A stretch of DNA of 64,000 nucleotides from an uncultured Ignavibacteriota bacterium (lineage in GTDB: Bacteria; Bacteroidota; Ignavibacteria; Palsa-1295). How positions within the stretch are numbered: position 1 is the stretch's first letter; each line of letters opens with the position of its first letter. This document shows positions 1 to 10,694 of this stretch, piece by piece. The stretch lies in the NCBI GenBank assembly GCA_903900335.1, contig CAIUMP010000024.1, forward strand, positions 22,774 to 86,773. Reading direction: 5' to 3'. The notes beneath the pieces were generated by a model. It was not told where the DNA came from. It worked only from the letters and a program-made list of their open reading frames with translations, and searched no databases. The position numbers were made by a program, and so were the translations under genes.

Positions 1-107
1 TTGAGCGTATCATTAATGGGCTGCGCCACGGCGGAGGACACGGGAACGCCAAAGGCAACGACGAGGAGCATCGCGCAAAGCCGACGCTTCATTGCAGATC
101 TTTTCAT
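1..107 (-). CDS. 5' end of a secreted-protein gene that runs off the window (only the signal peptide is visible)
   Basis: Not in the ORF track because it is short and open to the window edge. The reverse-strand ATG at 107 reads MKRSAMKRRLCAMLLVVAFGVPVSSAVAQPINDTL, a typical signal peptide. It lies directly downstream of the 200..1855 gene on the same strand. Confidence 0.35.
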   Translation of the reverse strand, partial: MKRSAMKRRLCAMLLVVAFGVPVSSAVAQPINDTL

Positions 108-199
108 GTTTGAGAAAATCATCTTCTTGTGCACACGAACAAAAAATCGAGTAACACGCGAGCCCGGACGCATCTGCCAGAGCCCGCGTGATGAATGTT

Positions 200-1855
200 T
201 TAGCGAATCCTGCCACCGCCACCTGCGCCCGGTCCTCGCTTCGTTTGAACCTTCGGCGTAATGTGGACTGTAATCACTTGAGATTGATGGGTTAATGGAT
301 CAGTTACAGTAACGTCCTTGTCCTCGCCATCTTTCTTCTTGACGACCGAAGCAGCCTTGGCAGTGTTCATCTGAACATCAAAATCCAGGTGCGCTCCTGC
401 CTGTTTTTTGGCCGTTGTGCCAAATATTCCGCCAGATTCAACATCCAAGTGATCAGAACCGATTTCATTCATTGACCCAGGAATACCAAGGCCAGCTTTT
501 ATTGTAAGGACGTCTCCAATTTCCGGATCGTTCTCGGCTGCGACCTTGAAAGGCGGCGGAGCAATCTTGAAGTTTTCATCGTCGATCAGGATGTATTCCT
601 TCATGAAATTAGACTTGTAGTAAGTCTTTACTTCGAGTGGCTTGCCCTCATCTTTCAAGAATTCAGGAGTAAACTCGATTGTCGGTTCGCCGGACTCCTT
701 GACCTTGTTGCCTCCAATGTACATCTCGGTGCGGTAGGTGCCGTCGAGGTTTGCAAACTTCTGATTCGCCTTAAATGGAAGCAATGTGTAAGGGGTCGCG
801 TCATGCGACTTCTTATTTTCTGGGAAGTAATGGGAAACATTCGCAGGCTCCAACTTGTGCACGCTAACCGTGAACTGAGTGGAGGCCATATCCTTCGTTG
901 CACCGTTACGGTTGGCCTTACCGGCAAGCTTGACGGTGTAGGTCTGACCTACAGCTGCTGCATCCGGCTTCCAAACCCAGTAGAAGTTCGAGTCGATCTT
1001 CTTGATCTCACCCGGACCATCCACCTTCGTGATGTTCACACCCTGCGGTCCACCGATAGTGGCACCTTCGATCTTGACCGGATTCGGGAGCTCCATAGTA
1101 GGGAACGCCGCGAAGTCTGCTTCTTGCGGGAAGATCTTCAACTGATCGACCTCCGACGGTGGCTTGACGTTAACGGTGAACTCGTTGGAGCCACGGTTAA
1201 TATCGAAGTTCTCGTATTGGCCGCCGAGAAGCGAGTCAATGTAGCCACGCAGGGCGATGTTGCCCGTAATGCCCTCTTTGACTTCTTTCAGCTCGCGGAC
1301 GGTAAGATGCACCGCGCCGATCTTCACTGTGTCTTCCGGCGAAGCGGCAGGCGTCACACCGACGATCTGGTTCGTACGAGCGTCGAAGTGAAGCTTGTAT
1401 TCACCGGCCCCGAAGCTTGGCTTAAAATTATAGGTAAAAATGTAGTCATGCCCGTCAACGGTGCGGGGGTAGGTGACGGAATCAGTAGCGAGATTGATCA
1501 TCGCCATCTCGTTATTATTCCGCAGGATGTGGAGATCAAGCTCCTTGACCGTGTCGCGGGTCGGGTCGGCAACACGCACGCGGACATGGAATTCGCGGCC
1601 CTGTGCTTCGTTCTTGTCACCAAGAACCATGCTCTGGTCCGAAGTGGAGCTTACGCTAGCCACGGAGCCTCGGAGCGAATTCAGGATCGTCTCAGCGATG
1701 AGCTGAATTTCCTGTCGTTTGCGCAAGAGTGCTTCTTTTTCTTTTCTGAGGGCATCTTCGGCATCATCGCGCTCTACGATGATGATCAGTAACTCGAGAA
1801 GAACGGCTAGGTAAAGAATAAAATAGACTTTACCGGCTCCACCACCTTTAGACAT
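200..1855 (-). CDS. Membrane-anchored protein with an N-terminal TM helix, a coiled coil and beta-rich (Ig-like) domains; function unknown
   Basis: 551-aa ORF. The N-terminus VYFILYLAVLLELLIIIV is followed by a charged coiled coil (EDALRKEKEALLRKRQEIQ) and then a long beta-rich region. The topology resembles GldM/PorM, but I cannot confirm the family motifs. Confidence 0.6.
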   Translation of the reverse strand: MSKGGGAGKVYFILYLAVLLELLIIIVERDDAEDALRKEKEALLRKRQEIQLIAETILNSLRGSVASVSSTSDQSMVLGDKNEAQGREFHVRVRVADPTRDTVKELDLHILRNNNEMAMINLATDSVTYPRTVDGHDYIFTYNFKPSFGAGEYKLHFDARTNQIVGVTPAASPEDTVKIGAVHLTVRELKEVKEGITGNIALRGYIDSLLGGQYENFDINRGSNEFTVNVKPPSEVDQLKIFPQEADFAAFPTMELPNPVKIEGATIGGPQGVNITKVDGPGEIKKIDSNFYWVWKPDAAAVGQTYTVKLAGKANRNGATKDMASTQFTVSVHKLEPANVSHYFPENKKSHDATPYTLLPFKANQKFANLDGTYRTEMYIGGNKVKESGEPTIEFTPEFLKDEGKPLEVKTYYKSNFMKEYILIDDENFKIAPPPFKVAAENDPEIGDVLTIKAGLGIPGSMNEIGSDHLDVESGGIFGTTAKKQAGAHLDFDVQMNTAKAASVVKKKDGEDKDVTVTDPLTHQSQVITVHITPKVQTKRGPGAGGGGRIR

Positions 1856-1899
1856 TGCTTCGTCCCCTTACGGTACGCTTCGTACCCGTGAAATGACAG

Positions 1900-2571
1900 T
1901 TACGTTGATCGAACTGTGAGCCGCTCGACCATTTTCATGATCTGATCGAGCTCCACATTGATCTCATCTCCAACTTTCAAAAACTGAAAATTCGTGTGGA
2001 AGTAGGTGTGCGGGATGATGGCTGTTTTGATCGTCGTTGCAGAAGCACTATCCTCCAAACCAGCGATCGTCAGACTGACCCCATTGAGGGCTATGCTCCC
2101 CATCGGGATAACATAGCGAGCCATCTCGGGGGGAAGGTCTAAGTAGAATTCCCAGCTTCCGTTCAAATCTCGTATCTCACGAATTCTAGCCGTTCCATCG
2201 ACGTGGCCCTGGACAAGATGTCCCCCAAGCCGAGTCGATAAGGTAGCTGCCCGCTCGAGATTCACAGCGGATGACAAGGCATCCTGGCTTCCCCCATTTC
2301 CACCCACTTTCAATGAACCAAGGGTTGTCTTCTGGAGAGTCTCCCGGACAGCAATGACCTCAAAAAAGGGCGGATTCACAGACACCACTGTCTGACACAC
2401 ACCATTTATCGCGATAGAATCGTCGATTTTGAGCCCATTTTGGCTGATTTGGAGTCCGTTCGACCCCGTTTCCTGAAAGACACGCTGTGCCTCAATTTTG
2501 AGACACAATGACGTCCCTACGGCCTTTCGGTCAACGAGTGTGCCGAGTTCTTCGATGATGCCGGTAAACAT
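1900..2571 (-). CDS. ribE: Riboflavin synthase alpha chain
   Basis: MFTGIIEELGT N-terminus and a second lumazine-binding repeat, GHLVQGHVDGTARI. The two-repeat architecture is typical of RibE/RibC. Confidence 0.9.
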   Translation of the reverse strand: MFTGIIEELGTLVDRKAVGTSLCLKIEAQRVFQETGSNGLQISQNGLKIDDSIAINGVCQTVVSVNPPFFEVIAVRETLQKTTLGSLKVGGNGGSQDALSSAVNLERAATLSTRLGGHLVQGHVDGTARIREIRDLNGSWEFYLDLPPEMARYVIPMGSIALNGVSLTIAGLEDSASATTIKTAIIPHTYFHTNFQFLKVGDEINVELDQIMKMVERLTVRST

Positions 2572-2715
2572 CTTTTCTGGTGTGAAATAATAATTAAGAT
2601 TTTGGAGTTAGGGAGCCGCGAAGAGCTCCGGAACTGGGCGCGCGCATTCGCGGGACCCCAGCCCGCGTTGCGCACCCCCAACCCGTTATTCTCCATTCTT
2701 AATTCCTAACCTCCC

Positions 2716-3672
2716 ATGCGTGTTCTCCTTGCCGGTGCCTCTGGTTTTGTCGGCTCAAGGGTTTTGGATGATCTGCTCCGTGCAGGACACAATGTAACAG
2801 CATTGTCTCAGTCCGAGCGATCGCGAGCTACGATCCTTGCGAAGCACCCAGAGGTAGCGGTTGTCATTGGCGATGTTGGGAACGTCGCTGAAATGAAACG
2901 GGCCATGCCGGAAGGGATAGAGGCGATAATCTATCTCCCAGGGCTTCTCCGAGAATTTCCGAGAAAGGGGATCACCTTCCGATCAGCCCACGTCGAGGGC
3001 CCGAAAAATCTATTGAACGCGTGGCGTGGAGCGGCCCCGCGCGCGCTCGCCGTCAGCGATGAGCAACAACCCCGCCTCCGCTGGATCGAAATGTCCGCCC
3101 TCGGCACGCGGCCAAACGCCTCCACCGCCTACTTCAGCACCAAGTGGGAAGCGGAAGAACACATTCGCGCCTCAGACACAGGCTGGACGATCATCCGCCC
3201 ATCCGTCATATTCGATGACCGCCCATCCGACAGAATGAACTTCGTGGGTGAACTCGCGAAGGTGATTCGTCTCGCACCATTCATCCCTGTTTTTGGGGAT
3301 GGGAAGTATCGAATGCAGCCGGTCTCCGTTGATGACGTGTCGCAGACGATCGTGCAAGCGCTTGGAAAGAGCGAGACCATTGGTAAGACATTCGAGTTGG
3401 GTGGGCCAGAGAAATTGAGCTACAATGAGATCGTCAGCCAGATCGCAGTCGCGCTTGGCAAACGCAAGCCGATGCTTCACATACCATTCTCGCTCGCTAG
3501 AGTTGCCGCGAGTCTGATGGAAGGCTTCTCCTTCTTCCCTTTCACGGTGGATCAGTTGACGATGTTGCTGGAAGAGAATATTGTTCGCGACCCGGGCAAA
3601 GAGAAGGAGTGGCGGGAGATGTTTGAATTGCCGATGAAGCGGTTTGGGGAGAGTATCAAAACTGGCTTCTGA
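2716..3672 (+). CDS. NAD(P)-binding SDR/epimerase-family protein (complex I NDUFA9-like)
   Basis: N-terminal Rossmann motif LLAGASGFVGSRV; 318 aa; atypical-SDR layout. Confidence 0.8.
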   Translation: MRVLLAGASGFVGSRVLDDLLRAGHNVTALSQSERSRATILAKHPEVAVVIGDVGNVAEMKRAMPEGIEAIIYLPGLLREFPRKGITFRSAHVEGPKNLLNAWRGAAPRALAVSDEQQPRLRWIEMSALGTRPNASTAYFSTKWEAEEHIRASDTGWTIIRPSVIFDDRPSDRMNFVGELAKVIRLAPFIPVFGDGKYRMQPVSVDDVSQTIVQALGKSETIGKTFELGGPEKLSYNEIVSQIAVALGKRKPMLHIPFSLARVAASLMEGFSFFPFTVDQLTMLLEENIVRDPGKEKEWREMFELPMKRFGESIKTGF

Positions 3673-3767
3673 CCTGATCGGCAGCTAAAATTCACTAAGT
3701 CCAACTACCGGAGGACCTCACTCTCAGTTTTATTCTTCATATGGCCCTGAGATAGAATTGAGTTGGA

Positions 3768-5873
3768 TTGATTCAATTTCCCATCTCTGTTGTTGCGCTT
3801 GCCGTGCCTGATCTAAACGAACACGAATTTGCCTCTCCACTCCGCTCGACCATTTTGGCCGGGGCGGTTATTCTTGTCTTCGTCGGGTTTATCGCTCGCT
3901 TCGTCCAATTGCAGATAGTCGAAGGCCCGGCGCTCTCCGGTGCGGCTATCGAGCAGGGGTTGAAGCGCATTGACCGCGTGCCAGTACGTGGCACATTGTA
4001 TGATAGGCGTGGCCGTGTTGTAGCAGCAAGCGTTCCGGCCTATGGCGTCACAATCACTCGTCAGGATTTCGATCCATATCGGAAACAAGCACTTCCGGTC
4101 CTGGCCAAGATTCTTGGCGTTGATACGAATTTCATCCTTGACAGAATCAACCAGAGCGGATTCTACACGCGCTTCCAGCCCATCAAAGTGTGGCGCGATG
4201 CCGATGCACGGGTGATCGCACAGGTCGAGGAGAACCACGACAAACTGCCGGGGGTAGATATTATCTCGGAATCGAAACGCGAATATGTCGCTCCAGTGCG
4301 GGCTTCGCATTTGCTTGGATACACCAAGGAAATCTCCTCTGCGGCGCTGGAGAAATTGCAAGACTCCCCCGATAGCGATTACTACCATCCCGGCGATGTG
4401 GTCGGTACGACGGGGCTGGAGCAAGTTCACGAGCGCGAACTGCGCGGCACTCGCGGATACGAGTTTATTGCTGTCGATGCGAAGGGTCAGCGACAATCAC
4501 GGTTGAACGAGGGTGGCACGGACATCAACAGCATTGACGGCCAGTCCATGCAGCTTGGAATGGACATTGACTTGCAAGAGTACGCCGAGCAATTGCTCGA
4601 TCCCTACAGCGGCTCGATCGTGGCACTCGATCCGAACAACGGAGATATCCTGGCGCTTGTCTCAAAACCGGATTTCGATCTCGATCTCTTTAGTGGCAAG
4701 ACGACAAAACAAGAGTATCAGGAGGTCATGCTTGACCCGAAGCATCCCCTGTTCAACCGCGCATTGCAAACGCGCTACCCACCGGGATCCACGTGGAAGC
4801 TCATGATGGCAGCCGCATGTCTGGCATCGAACACAATTCCGTTCGATTTTCGCTTATCCTGCCCCGGCTCATTCACATTTGGTAACCACACCTACAACGA
4901 CGACGCCGTGCATGGGAACATTGGCATTCACGAGTCTATCGTTCGTTCATGCGATGTTTTTTACTACCGCATGGTGCTCAAGCTTGGCATTGACTCCATG
5001 TATAAGTATGCTCGTGAGTTCGGCTTCGATCAGCCGACGGGAGTTGATGTCGGGCACGAAGGTGGAGGGTTCATTCCGAACTCTAAGCGAATGACGAAAC
5101 TCTATCCACGTGGTTGGACGCTGGGGTATGTTGTGAGCCAGGGAATCGGTCAGGGCGAGATTGGCGTGACACCCATGCAGGAAGCAGCATACGTTGCAAC
5201 GTGGGCGAATCACGGCGTGTGGGTGCAGCCACATGCAGCACACCGCTTGTACAACATGCGGACTGGAAAGTGGGATACGGTTGCCTACAAATCGCGGCGA
5301 CTCGCGATTTCCGATTCGGTCGTGGAAACAGTACGCCGTGGAATGCTCGGCGTGACGACAGAGGCCGGAGGAACCGCGCATCAGGCCGCCATTCCCAATT
5401 CGAAGATTCAGATCGCCGGCAAAACGGGCACTGCACAAAATCCGCATGGAAAGGATCACGCGTGGTTCATCTGTTTCGCTCCGTACGATCATCCAAAGAT
5501 TGCAATCTGCGTGATGGTGGAGAACGCCGGATTCGGTGGTGTAGTATCGGCCCCGATTGCTCGAAAGCTGGTCAATCTCTACTTGACAGGCACCCGCGAG
5601 GATCCCCGCTCTTCCATCTTACCGAACACGCCGGAGTACGCGGCATTGAAGATGCAGAAATATAGCGGGACTGGTTCAGCACGTGGCAACATGCAGTCGG
5701 CAGCCAGAACGCAAAATGCGGAAGCTGCAAGGCCGGAGGTGAAGCCCGCACCTCCGGAAACGAAGCCTAACGGAGTAAAGCGGAAGGCCCCGCATCGCCG
5801 CGCTGATGCCGGGGACTTCGTCGTACCACAGTATGCGGAATTGATCGATCCCAGAGATCTCGTCAGCCCCTAA
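3768..5873 (+). CDS. mrdA: Penicillin-binding protein 2 (peptidoglycan D,D-transpeptidase) with a low-complexity C-terminal extension
   Basis: N-terminal TM helix, SxxK motif (GSTWK) and KTG motif (GKTGTAQ). TTG start. The last ~90 aa are Ala/Pro/Lys-rich. Confidence 0.85.
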   Translation: MIQFPISVVALAVPDLNEHEFASPLRSTILAGAVILVFVGFIARFVQLQIVEGPALSGAAIEQGLKRIDRVPVRGTLYDRRGRVVAASVPAYGVTITRQDFDPYRKQALPVLAKILGVDTNFILDRINQSGFYTRFQPIKVWRDADARVIAQVEENHDKLPGVDIISESKREYVAPVRASHLLGYTKEISSAALEKLQDSPDSDYYHPGDVVGTTGLEQVHERELRGTRGYEFIAVDAKGQRQSRLNEGGTDINSIDGQSMQLGMDIDLQEYAEQLLDPYSGSIVALDPNNGDILALVSKPDFDLDLFSGKTTKQEYQEVMLDPKHPLFNRALQTRYPPGSTWKLMMAAACLASNTIPFDFRLSCPGSFTFGNHTYNDDAVHGNIGIHESIVRSCDVFYYRMVLKLGIDSMYKYAREFGFDQPTGVDVGHEGGGFIPNSKRMTKLYPRGWTLGYVVSQGIGQGEIGVTPMQEAAYVATWANHGVWVQPHAAHRLYNMRTGKWDTVAYKSRRLAISDSVVETVRRGMLGVTTEAGGTAHQAAIPNSKIQIAGKTGTAQNPHGKDHAWFICFAPYDHPKIAICVMVENAGFGGVVSAPIARKLVNLYLTGTREDPRSSILPNTPEYAALKMQKYSGTGSARGNMQSAARTQNAEAARPEVKPAPPETKPNGVKRKAPHRRADAGDFVVPQYAELIDPRDLVSP

Positions 5874-5994
5874 GATCTGATTTCTCGGGACTTCCTAAGC
5901 CGCGTTGTATTTTGCAGCAAGCTATTGTGGGTCTCGGGTTACCTTAAGCCGAGATTGTGTTTTTATTTAATTGTTTTTCAGGAGGATACGACCG

Positions 5995-6693
5995 ATGGGC
6001 ATTCGCAAAATTGCAGCGCAGGCTGCGCTACTTCAATTCCTGTTCCTTGCCGTGATGATGGGTGCTTACTCGTATGTCATGAATGGCACGGGCATGACGA
6101 TGGATGACTGGTACAACCCCACAAAGACGGCTCAATTCACGCTCGACCACAAGAGCACGTTCACACTTTTGTGGGGATTAGATTGGTTCTTTGCGATCAC
6201 GGTATTTGTTCTCGCGGCGGCATTCACCCAAAAGTTTTCGCGCCAGCAGCCCTGGCTGGGCATTGTCATTGGCGGCTTTGGCGTCATTAGCTCTGGACTG
6301 TTCCTTACGGCAGGAACAATAGGAATTTATGGTGTCAAGCTGGCAGTCGCGGATTATGCATCGGGTGCAGGACTCGGGTTTATGAAGAGCATGACGCTCA
6401 TGCAATCGACCGTCGAGATGTCCGCAGTTGCCGCTATCGGGGTGGTGACCTTTGCAACAGCGCTCGCTTCAACTCGAACGAAAGGCTTCGCTGCTTGGGT
6501 GAACTGGCTTGGCTTTATCAGCGGCTTCTTCGCTGTTGCCAGCTTTGCACTCTCTGTTATATCACCCTCACTCCAATTCCTCGGAATGATCGGTATGACA
6601 ACTTCCATCCTGTTCAATCTCGGAGTTGCACTGGAGTTCATGAGGAAACCGCAACCTGAGCTGCATTTCCCTGCACAGATGCAAAAGCTTTAG
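5995..6693 (+). CDS. Polytopic membrane protein, function unknown
   Basis: Multiple hydrophobic helices. ATG at 5995 is preceded by aggagga (5980-5986). The ORF track extends upstream to 5971. Confidence 0.6.
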   Translation: MGIRKIAAQAALLQFLFLAVMMGAYSYVMNGTGMTMDDWYNPTKTAQFTLDHKSTFTLLWGLDWFFAITVFVLAAAFTQKFSRQQPWLGIVIGGFGVISSGLFLTAGTIGIYGVKLAVADYASGAGLGFMKSMTLMQSTVEMSAVAAIGVVTFATALASTRTKGFAAWVNWLGFISGFFAVASFALSVISPSLQFLGMIGMTTSILFNLGVALEFMRKPQPELHFPAQMQKL

Positions 6694-6707
6694 GCGATCT
6701 CGTCGAG

Positions 6708-6745
6708 AAGAACTCCTCCACTCTATACAAAAAGGAGGAGTTCTT
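6708..6745. terminator. Hairpin between convergent genes (possible bidirectional terminator)
   Basis: aagaactcctcc (6708-6719) pairs perfectly with ggaggagttctt (6734-6745) around a 14-nt loop. It sits between the stops of 5995..6693(+) and 6760..8370(-). Confidence 0.5.
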
Positions 6746-6759
6746 ACAATATAGTACGA

Positions 6760-8370
6760 CTATCGGCTGATCGTTATCATCCTCGAAATGCTCGCATTCG
6801 GATAAACAAGCCGCAGCAGGTAGGGCCCGGGAGTAATCCCAAGGACTGGAATCTCAAACTCGGTCGGCGGCGTCCTCGCGAGGGTCCACACAGCATTGCC
6901 AAGCATATCAAAAAGTCTCGCCTCCGATGGCTGAGTGTCGCCAGAAGACACGTGGAGTGTTGCTCCATGGACGGGGTTTGGATAGATTCTAATTGCAGGT
7001 AGCCGGTCCTTCTCTGAAACCGCAGCCTGTCCGGTGTACCCATTGAGGAATAAGCTATCGACCCGAAGGCCACCGCTTACAACGTAGACCGTCGCAGACC
7101 GGACCGCTGCCTGAGAGTGCAGATCGGGGCGAAATGCTATATCCACTTCGATCATCGATCCTGCGGTTTCAGATGTGTGCGTGGTGACTACGTTCGTGAT
7201 CGGGAAGTCACCAGGATCGGCACCGCCGAAGGCAAGGCTATCAAACTGCTTCGTATGCGAAGACGTATTTGCGATTTGGAATATTAGCGTATCTGCTCCA
7301 CCGTCGGCTGGAGTGTAGATTTCTTTAACCCGGTCCCAATGCAATCCACCCACAGCAGCGATGCCGATAATGTGAGAAACGTCTTTTTGACCGTGCAGAT
7401 AGGCTGCGGGCTCATTCGTTGACCAGACTATATCACGAGTGTAAATTCCGTAGGCTTGCTTTGGTGCGAAACAAACATTGTAGTCTAGATAGCCGCCGGG
7501 TGGGATGCTACTTGGAAAATTACCTTCTAGCAGGAAGTACCCGCCCGTCACAGCTTGAGCTATACGCAGGGGTGATGAACCGTGATTCCATACGCGTAAC
7601 GATTTGCATTCTGTTGTGTCGAGATCAACGCCATTGAATGCGACATCCTCCGCATCAATGATCGGCACAATTCCGTTACCAGAAAGTAGAACAGGGATTC
7701 GGTAACACCCCGTGAAGATATAAGCTGTGTCCGCAACAGTCGTTGTGTCCTGCGCTCCAAATCGTGCAGTGAACTTCACACTTGAGCCCGTTGGGAGCTG
7801 TATGGGAAATGTGCGCTTGGAGATCCGGAACTGTGGATGGATTGGGTTTTGGATGCTATCAATTATGACATCCGCGATTCCACTGTTTTGCAGAGAGATC
7901 ACACCGGAAGTGTCCACACTACCTGAACTGAGATCTAGCACAAAGGAATCAACTGCCAGACTCATTCGCACAGGATAAAAATGCCACTCTTTTACAGTTG
8001 TGATCCCGGCATGATTTACAGCATAAATCGCAGCGTATGCGGGCTTCAGTGGATCGAAGACTAGGACATGAAAGCTCATTGAAACGCTGCCTACATAGTC
8101 ACCCTGGTTCGGATCCTTCTCATAATAGACGTTATAGCTCTCAAGGGCGGGCCCATTGATGCCAAGCGAATCGAAGACCAGCTCGACGTCCGAGAGTCCT
8201 TCGTCATCGGGAGTGGAGTCGGTAACTGTAATAGCAAGTCCCTGACAGCCATATTGGGCGAAAGTGATGATAGGGACTCCCAGCTTTTTTGGCGTAGCGG
8301 CGCAGCGTCCTGCCACGACAAACGTGAGACAGAAAATCGAGCAGACTAAGACAGGCAATCGATAGGACAT
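6760..8370 (-). CDS. Secreted protein with a T9SS-type C-terminal sorting domain
   Basis: Signal peptide (LPVLVCSIFCLTFVVAG). The C-terminus (IRIYPNPVHGATLHV...LFDMLGNAVW...YLLRLVY) matches the Por/T9SS CTD pattern. Confidence 0.75.
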   Translation of the reverse strand: MSYRLPVLVCSIFCLTFVVAGRCAATPKKLGVPIITFAQYGCQGLAITVTDSTPDDEGLSDVELVFDSLGINGPALESYNVYYEKDPNQGDYVGSVSMSFHVLVFDPLKPAYAAIYAVNHAGITTVKEWHFYPVRMSLAVDSFVLDLSSGSVDTSGVISLQNSGIADVIIDSIQNPIHPQFRISKRTFPIQLPTGSSVKFTARFGAQDTTTVADTAYIFTGCYRIPVLLSGNGIVPIIDAEDVAFNGVDLDTTECKSLRVWNHGSSPLRIAQAVTGGYFLLEGNFPSSIPPGGYLDYNVCFAPKQAYGIYTRDIVWSTNEPAAYLHGQKDVSHIIGIAAVGGLHWDRVKEIYTPADGGADTLIFQIANTSSHTKQFDSLAFGGADPGDFPITNVVTTHTSETAGSMIEVDIAFRPDLHSQAAVRSATVYVVSGGLRVDSLFLNGYTGQAAVSEKDRLPAIRIYPNPVHGATLHVSSGDTQPSEARLFDMLGNAVWTLARTPPTEFEIPVLGITPGPYLLRLVYPNASISRMITISR

Positions 8371-8508
8371 ACTTGAGGATGGCGATTATCACCATAACAA
8401 TCTCCATTGGGGGGAAAAGTTACAGAGCTTGCCAGATTTTTTTTTACACTTCCATGACATTCTCACGCTTTATGCTGGCTATTTTTGTCTCAACAATTAG
8501 CAAGCAAA

Positions 8509-9225
8509 ATGAAAACACTGGCGATACTCATCATCCTCACACTCTCAACCTCGACTCGCGCACAAATCCCGGCGTTTTCGCCAACAAATAAGCTAATACC
8601 GACGGGCCGCCTCATGGGGGTCGGGGAGAATGCACACCCGCTGAAGAGCGATTCTCTACCAGCACCGAGCATACCGGCCCACGCGGACTGGTCACAAAAG
8701 AAGGCGTTTCACATGATACTCTCTGGTGGCGTTGGTACGGACTTCGTCGGGACACTGGGCACGGCCGCCATAACCACGATCCTTGGTCAGCATGTAGTGG
8801 AGATTGGCTATGTCTACACTTCCGACGGAAGCTTCGCCATTGGTACAAGTGGTACAATCATGAGTAGTGGACCGCCCACCCTTCCAGATCATAGCCGCTC
8901 GGTATATCTCGCAACCTACGGTCAACGAATCACTCCCCAGATCTCCGCAGGCGGAGGATTTGCATGGGTTGACCGAACGACAAACATAAAGGATGCCTAT
9001 ATTCATCAGGATCCAGGCTTTTTCAGCGATGGTGGCTCCTACTGGCAGCATCATTCTCAGATGGACTCGTACCCAGCGGCCGTAGTTTCCCTCGCAACAA
9101 ATGTCAGAGCTTACAATTGGTGGGGGTTTCAATTCCGCGCCGAGGTATTCGCCAGTACTCGTGAAGTTTGGGGGAATATGAGCGTCAGCATTGGATTGGG
9201 AAATTTTCCGACGGACGAAGATTGA
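8509..9225 (+). CDS. Secreted or outer-membrane protein, function unknown
   Basis: MKTLAILIILTLSTSTRAQ signal peptide. Gly/aromatic-rich and beta-strand-like. The ORF track starts at 8485. Confidence 0.55.
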   Translation: MKTLAILIILTLSTSTRAQIPAFSPTNKLIPTGRLMGVGENAHPLKSDSLPAPSIPAHADWSQKKAFHMILSGGVGTDFVGTLGTAAITTILGQHVVEIGYVYTSDGSFAIGTSGTIMSSGPPTLPDHSRSVYLATYGQRITPQISAGGGFAWVDRTTNIKDAYIHQDPGFFSDGGSYWQHHSQMDSYPAAVVSLATNVRAYNWWGFQFRAEVFASTREVWGNMSVSIGLGNFPTDED

Positions 9226-9303
9226 TATCTTCACCTTTGGCTCGAGAGCGCTCGGGCAACTTGGTGGATATCGGGTCAAGACTTTTATTAATCCTCGGTC
9301 GCG

Positions 9304-10404
9304 TCACGCATCAGCGAGTAATGGAAGATCGATAATAAAAACGCACCCCTGCCCTGGCAAATTACGGACATGCAGTTCGCCGGAATTTCTCTCGACCGCT
9401 TGCTTTGCGATGGTCAGGCCAAGGCCGAGACCTGATTTGTCACTGGCCTTTTGAACCCCAACATGGAATAGCTCATCCATTCTTCCATCTGGCAGCCCAC
9501 CACACGAATCTTCAACCTCAATGAGAACCCTTCCTTTTTCGGTTCGGGCTCGCACCTGAATGGTACCAGCAGGCCTGGAGAATTTGATCGCGTTTTGGAT
9601 CAAATTCGAGAGCGCCGAAATGAGCAGGTGCCGGTCAGCGAGAACCTCGATTCCGGAGCCAGATTGCATTCGGAGCGTCAGTTGTTTAGACCGAGCCTGA
9701 GCCCCGGCCGTAGCACCAACTTCACCCAAGAGATCGAAAACTCGCACCGGCCGAAGATGAGCGACCGGCTCAATACGCAAGCGTACCTCCGCAAGCGCAC
9801 GATCGATCAGCTCGGCCATCGTCGCAAGACTGCTATGCAGGAGGCTGCCCGTCTTGCTCTTGAGTTCGACGATCCCTTCCTCTATCATCTGCAGCGTGAC
9901 CGTCGCAGATTGCAGACTGTTGCGCAGCTCATGCGCAAGAAAGCCAAGACGTTCGGCCTCGGCCTGATCTTTCTCCTGCGTTACAAGCTGCTGTGCTTGG
10001 AATTGATTTTCACCGAATTCCCTGATCACCTCGGCGACGGCCGTGTCAAAGGAGGCATTCAGCCGTTCGAAATCGGGCTGAGTGATCTCGAACCCAAGCG
10101 CCGAAGCCGACTCGGTGATCGCCTGATAAATAACACTAAAGCTCTGCACCACCTCGGATATCGCGTACCCAAGGCGCAAATATTCCTTTCCTTTTTTCAC
10201 ACCGGAGGCTTGCTCCTGCTTATGATTTTCCGGGGAAATAGAGGTGACATCGCCCTGCAAGAGACCGGTCAGATCGTCGTAAAAAAGACTCCATCCTTCT
10301 TCGACAACATCAGAAGTTATTCGCGTCCAGTGGGCCTGCTGTGCCTTTTGCTTGGCAATGGAGAGGATGGTCTCACGTTCGCGGGTCAGAAATTCATATA
10401 GCAT
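9304..10404 (-). CDS. Cytoplasmic sensor histidine kinase (HisKA + HATPase_c)
   Basis: H-box FLAHELRNSLQ, N-box LIQNAIKFS, G-boxes EDSCGGLP and SGLGLGLTIAK. No TM segment and no adjacent response regulator. Confidence 0.85.
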   Translation of the reverse strand: MLYEFLTRERETILSIAKQKAQQAHWTRITSDVVEEGWSLFYDDLTGLLQGDVTSISPENHKQEQASGVKKGKEYLRLGYAISEVVQSFSVIYQAITESASALGFEITQPDFERLNASFDTAVAEVIREFGENQFQAQQLVTQEKDQAEAERLGFLAHELRNSLQSATVTLQMIEEGIVELKSKTGSLLHSSLATMAELIDRALAEVRLRIEPVAHLRPVRVFDLLGEVGATAGAQARSKQLTLRMQSGSGIEVLADRHLLISALSNLIQNAIKFSRPAGTIQVRARTEKGRVLIEVEDSCGGLPDGRMDELFHVGVQKASDKSGLGLGLTIAKQAVERNSGELHVRNLPGQGCVFIIDLPLLADA

Positions 10405-10694
10405 AAGCAGAATGGATTATTGGGGTCAACGAACGAGAGCAATAACGCGGAGCGAGGCACTGCGCTTAGCCAGACCAGCAGACACGGCAACGCGTTGAAG
10501 CGATCTGATGGGGGTGAGCCGGGCAAGTGCAACACGTGCTTTGTAACAGCGGAGTCTGGGCATTGGTCCCAATGGCCAAACACATAAGTTAGTTCGCGGT
10601 CGCCTGTCGTCCCCGGCTGACAATCCCCATTGTTCAGGAATTGAACCCCCTCCCCTTGTGGTTGCCCATGATTCCTTAATCCCTTCAATACCAC

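Noticed and set aside
200-1855. Considered a GldM/PorM (T9SS) assignment
   Set aside because: The topology fits, but the characteristic GldM N-terminal motif was not recognised, and no gldK/gldL-like genes precede it (ribE lies upstream). It is left as unknown.
2572-2715. Considered an FMN (RFN) riboswitch upstream of ribE on the minus strand
   Set aside because: The GC-rich intergenic region lacks the conserved RFN cores (ggtgaaattcc, ccgacggt, agtccggatg-like).
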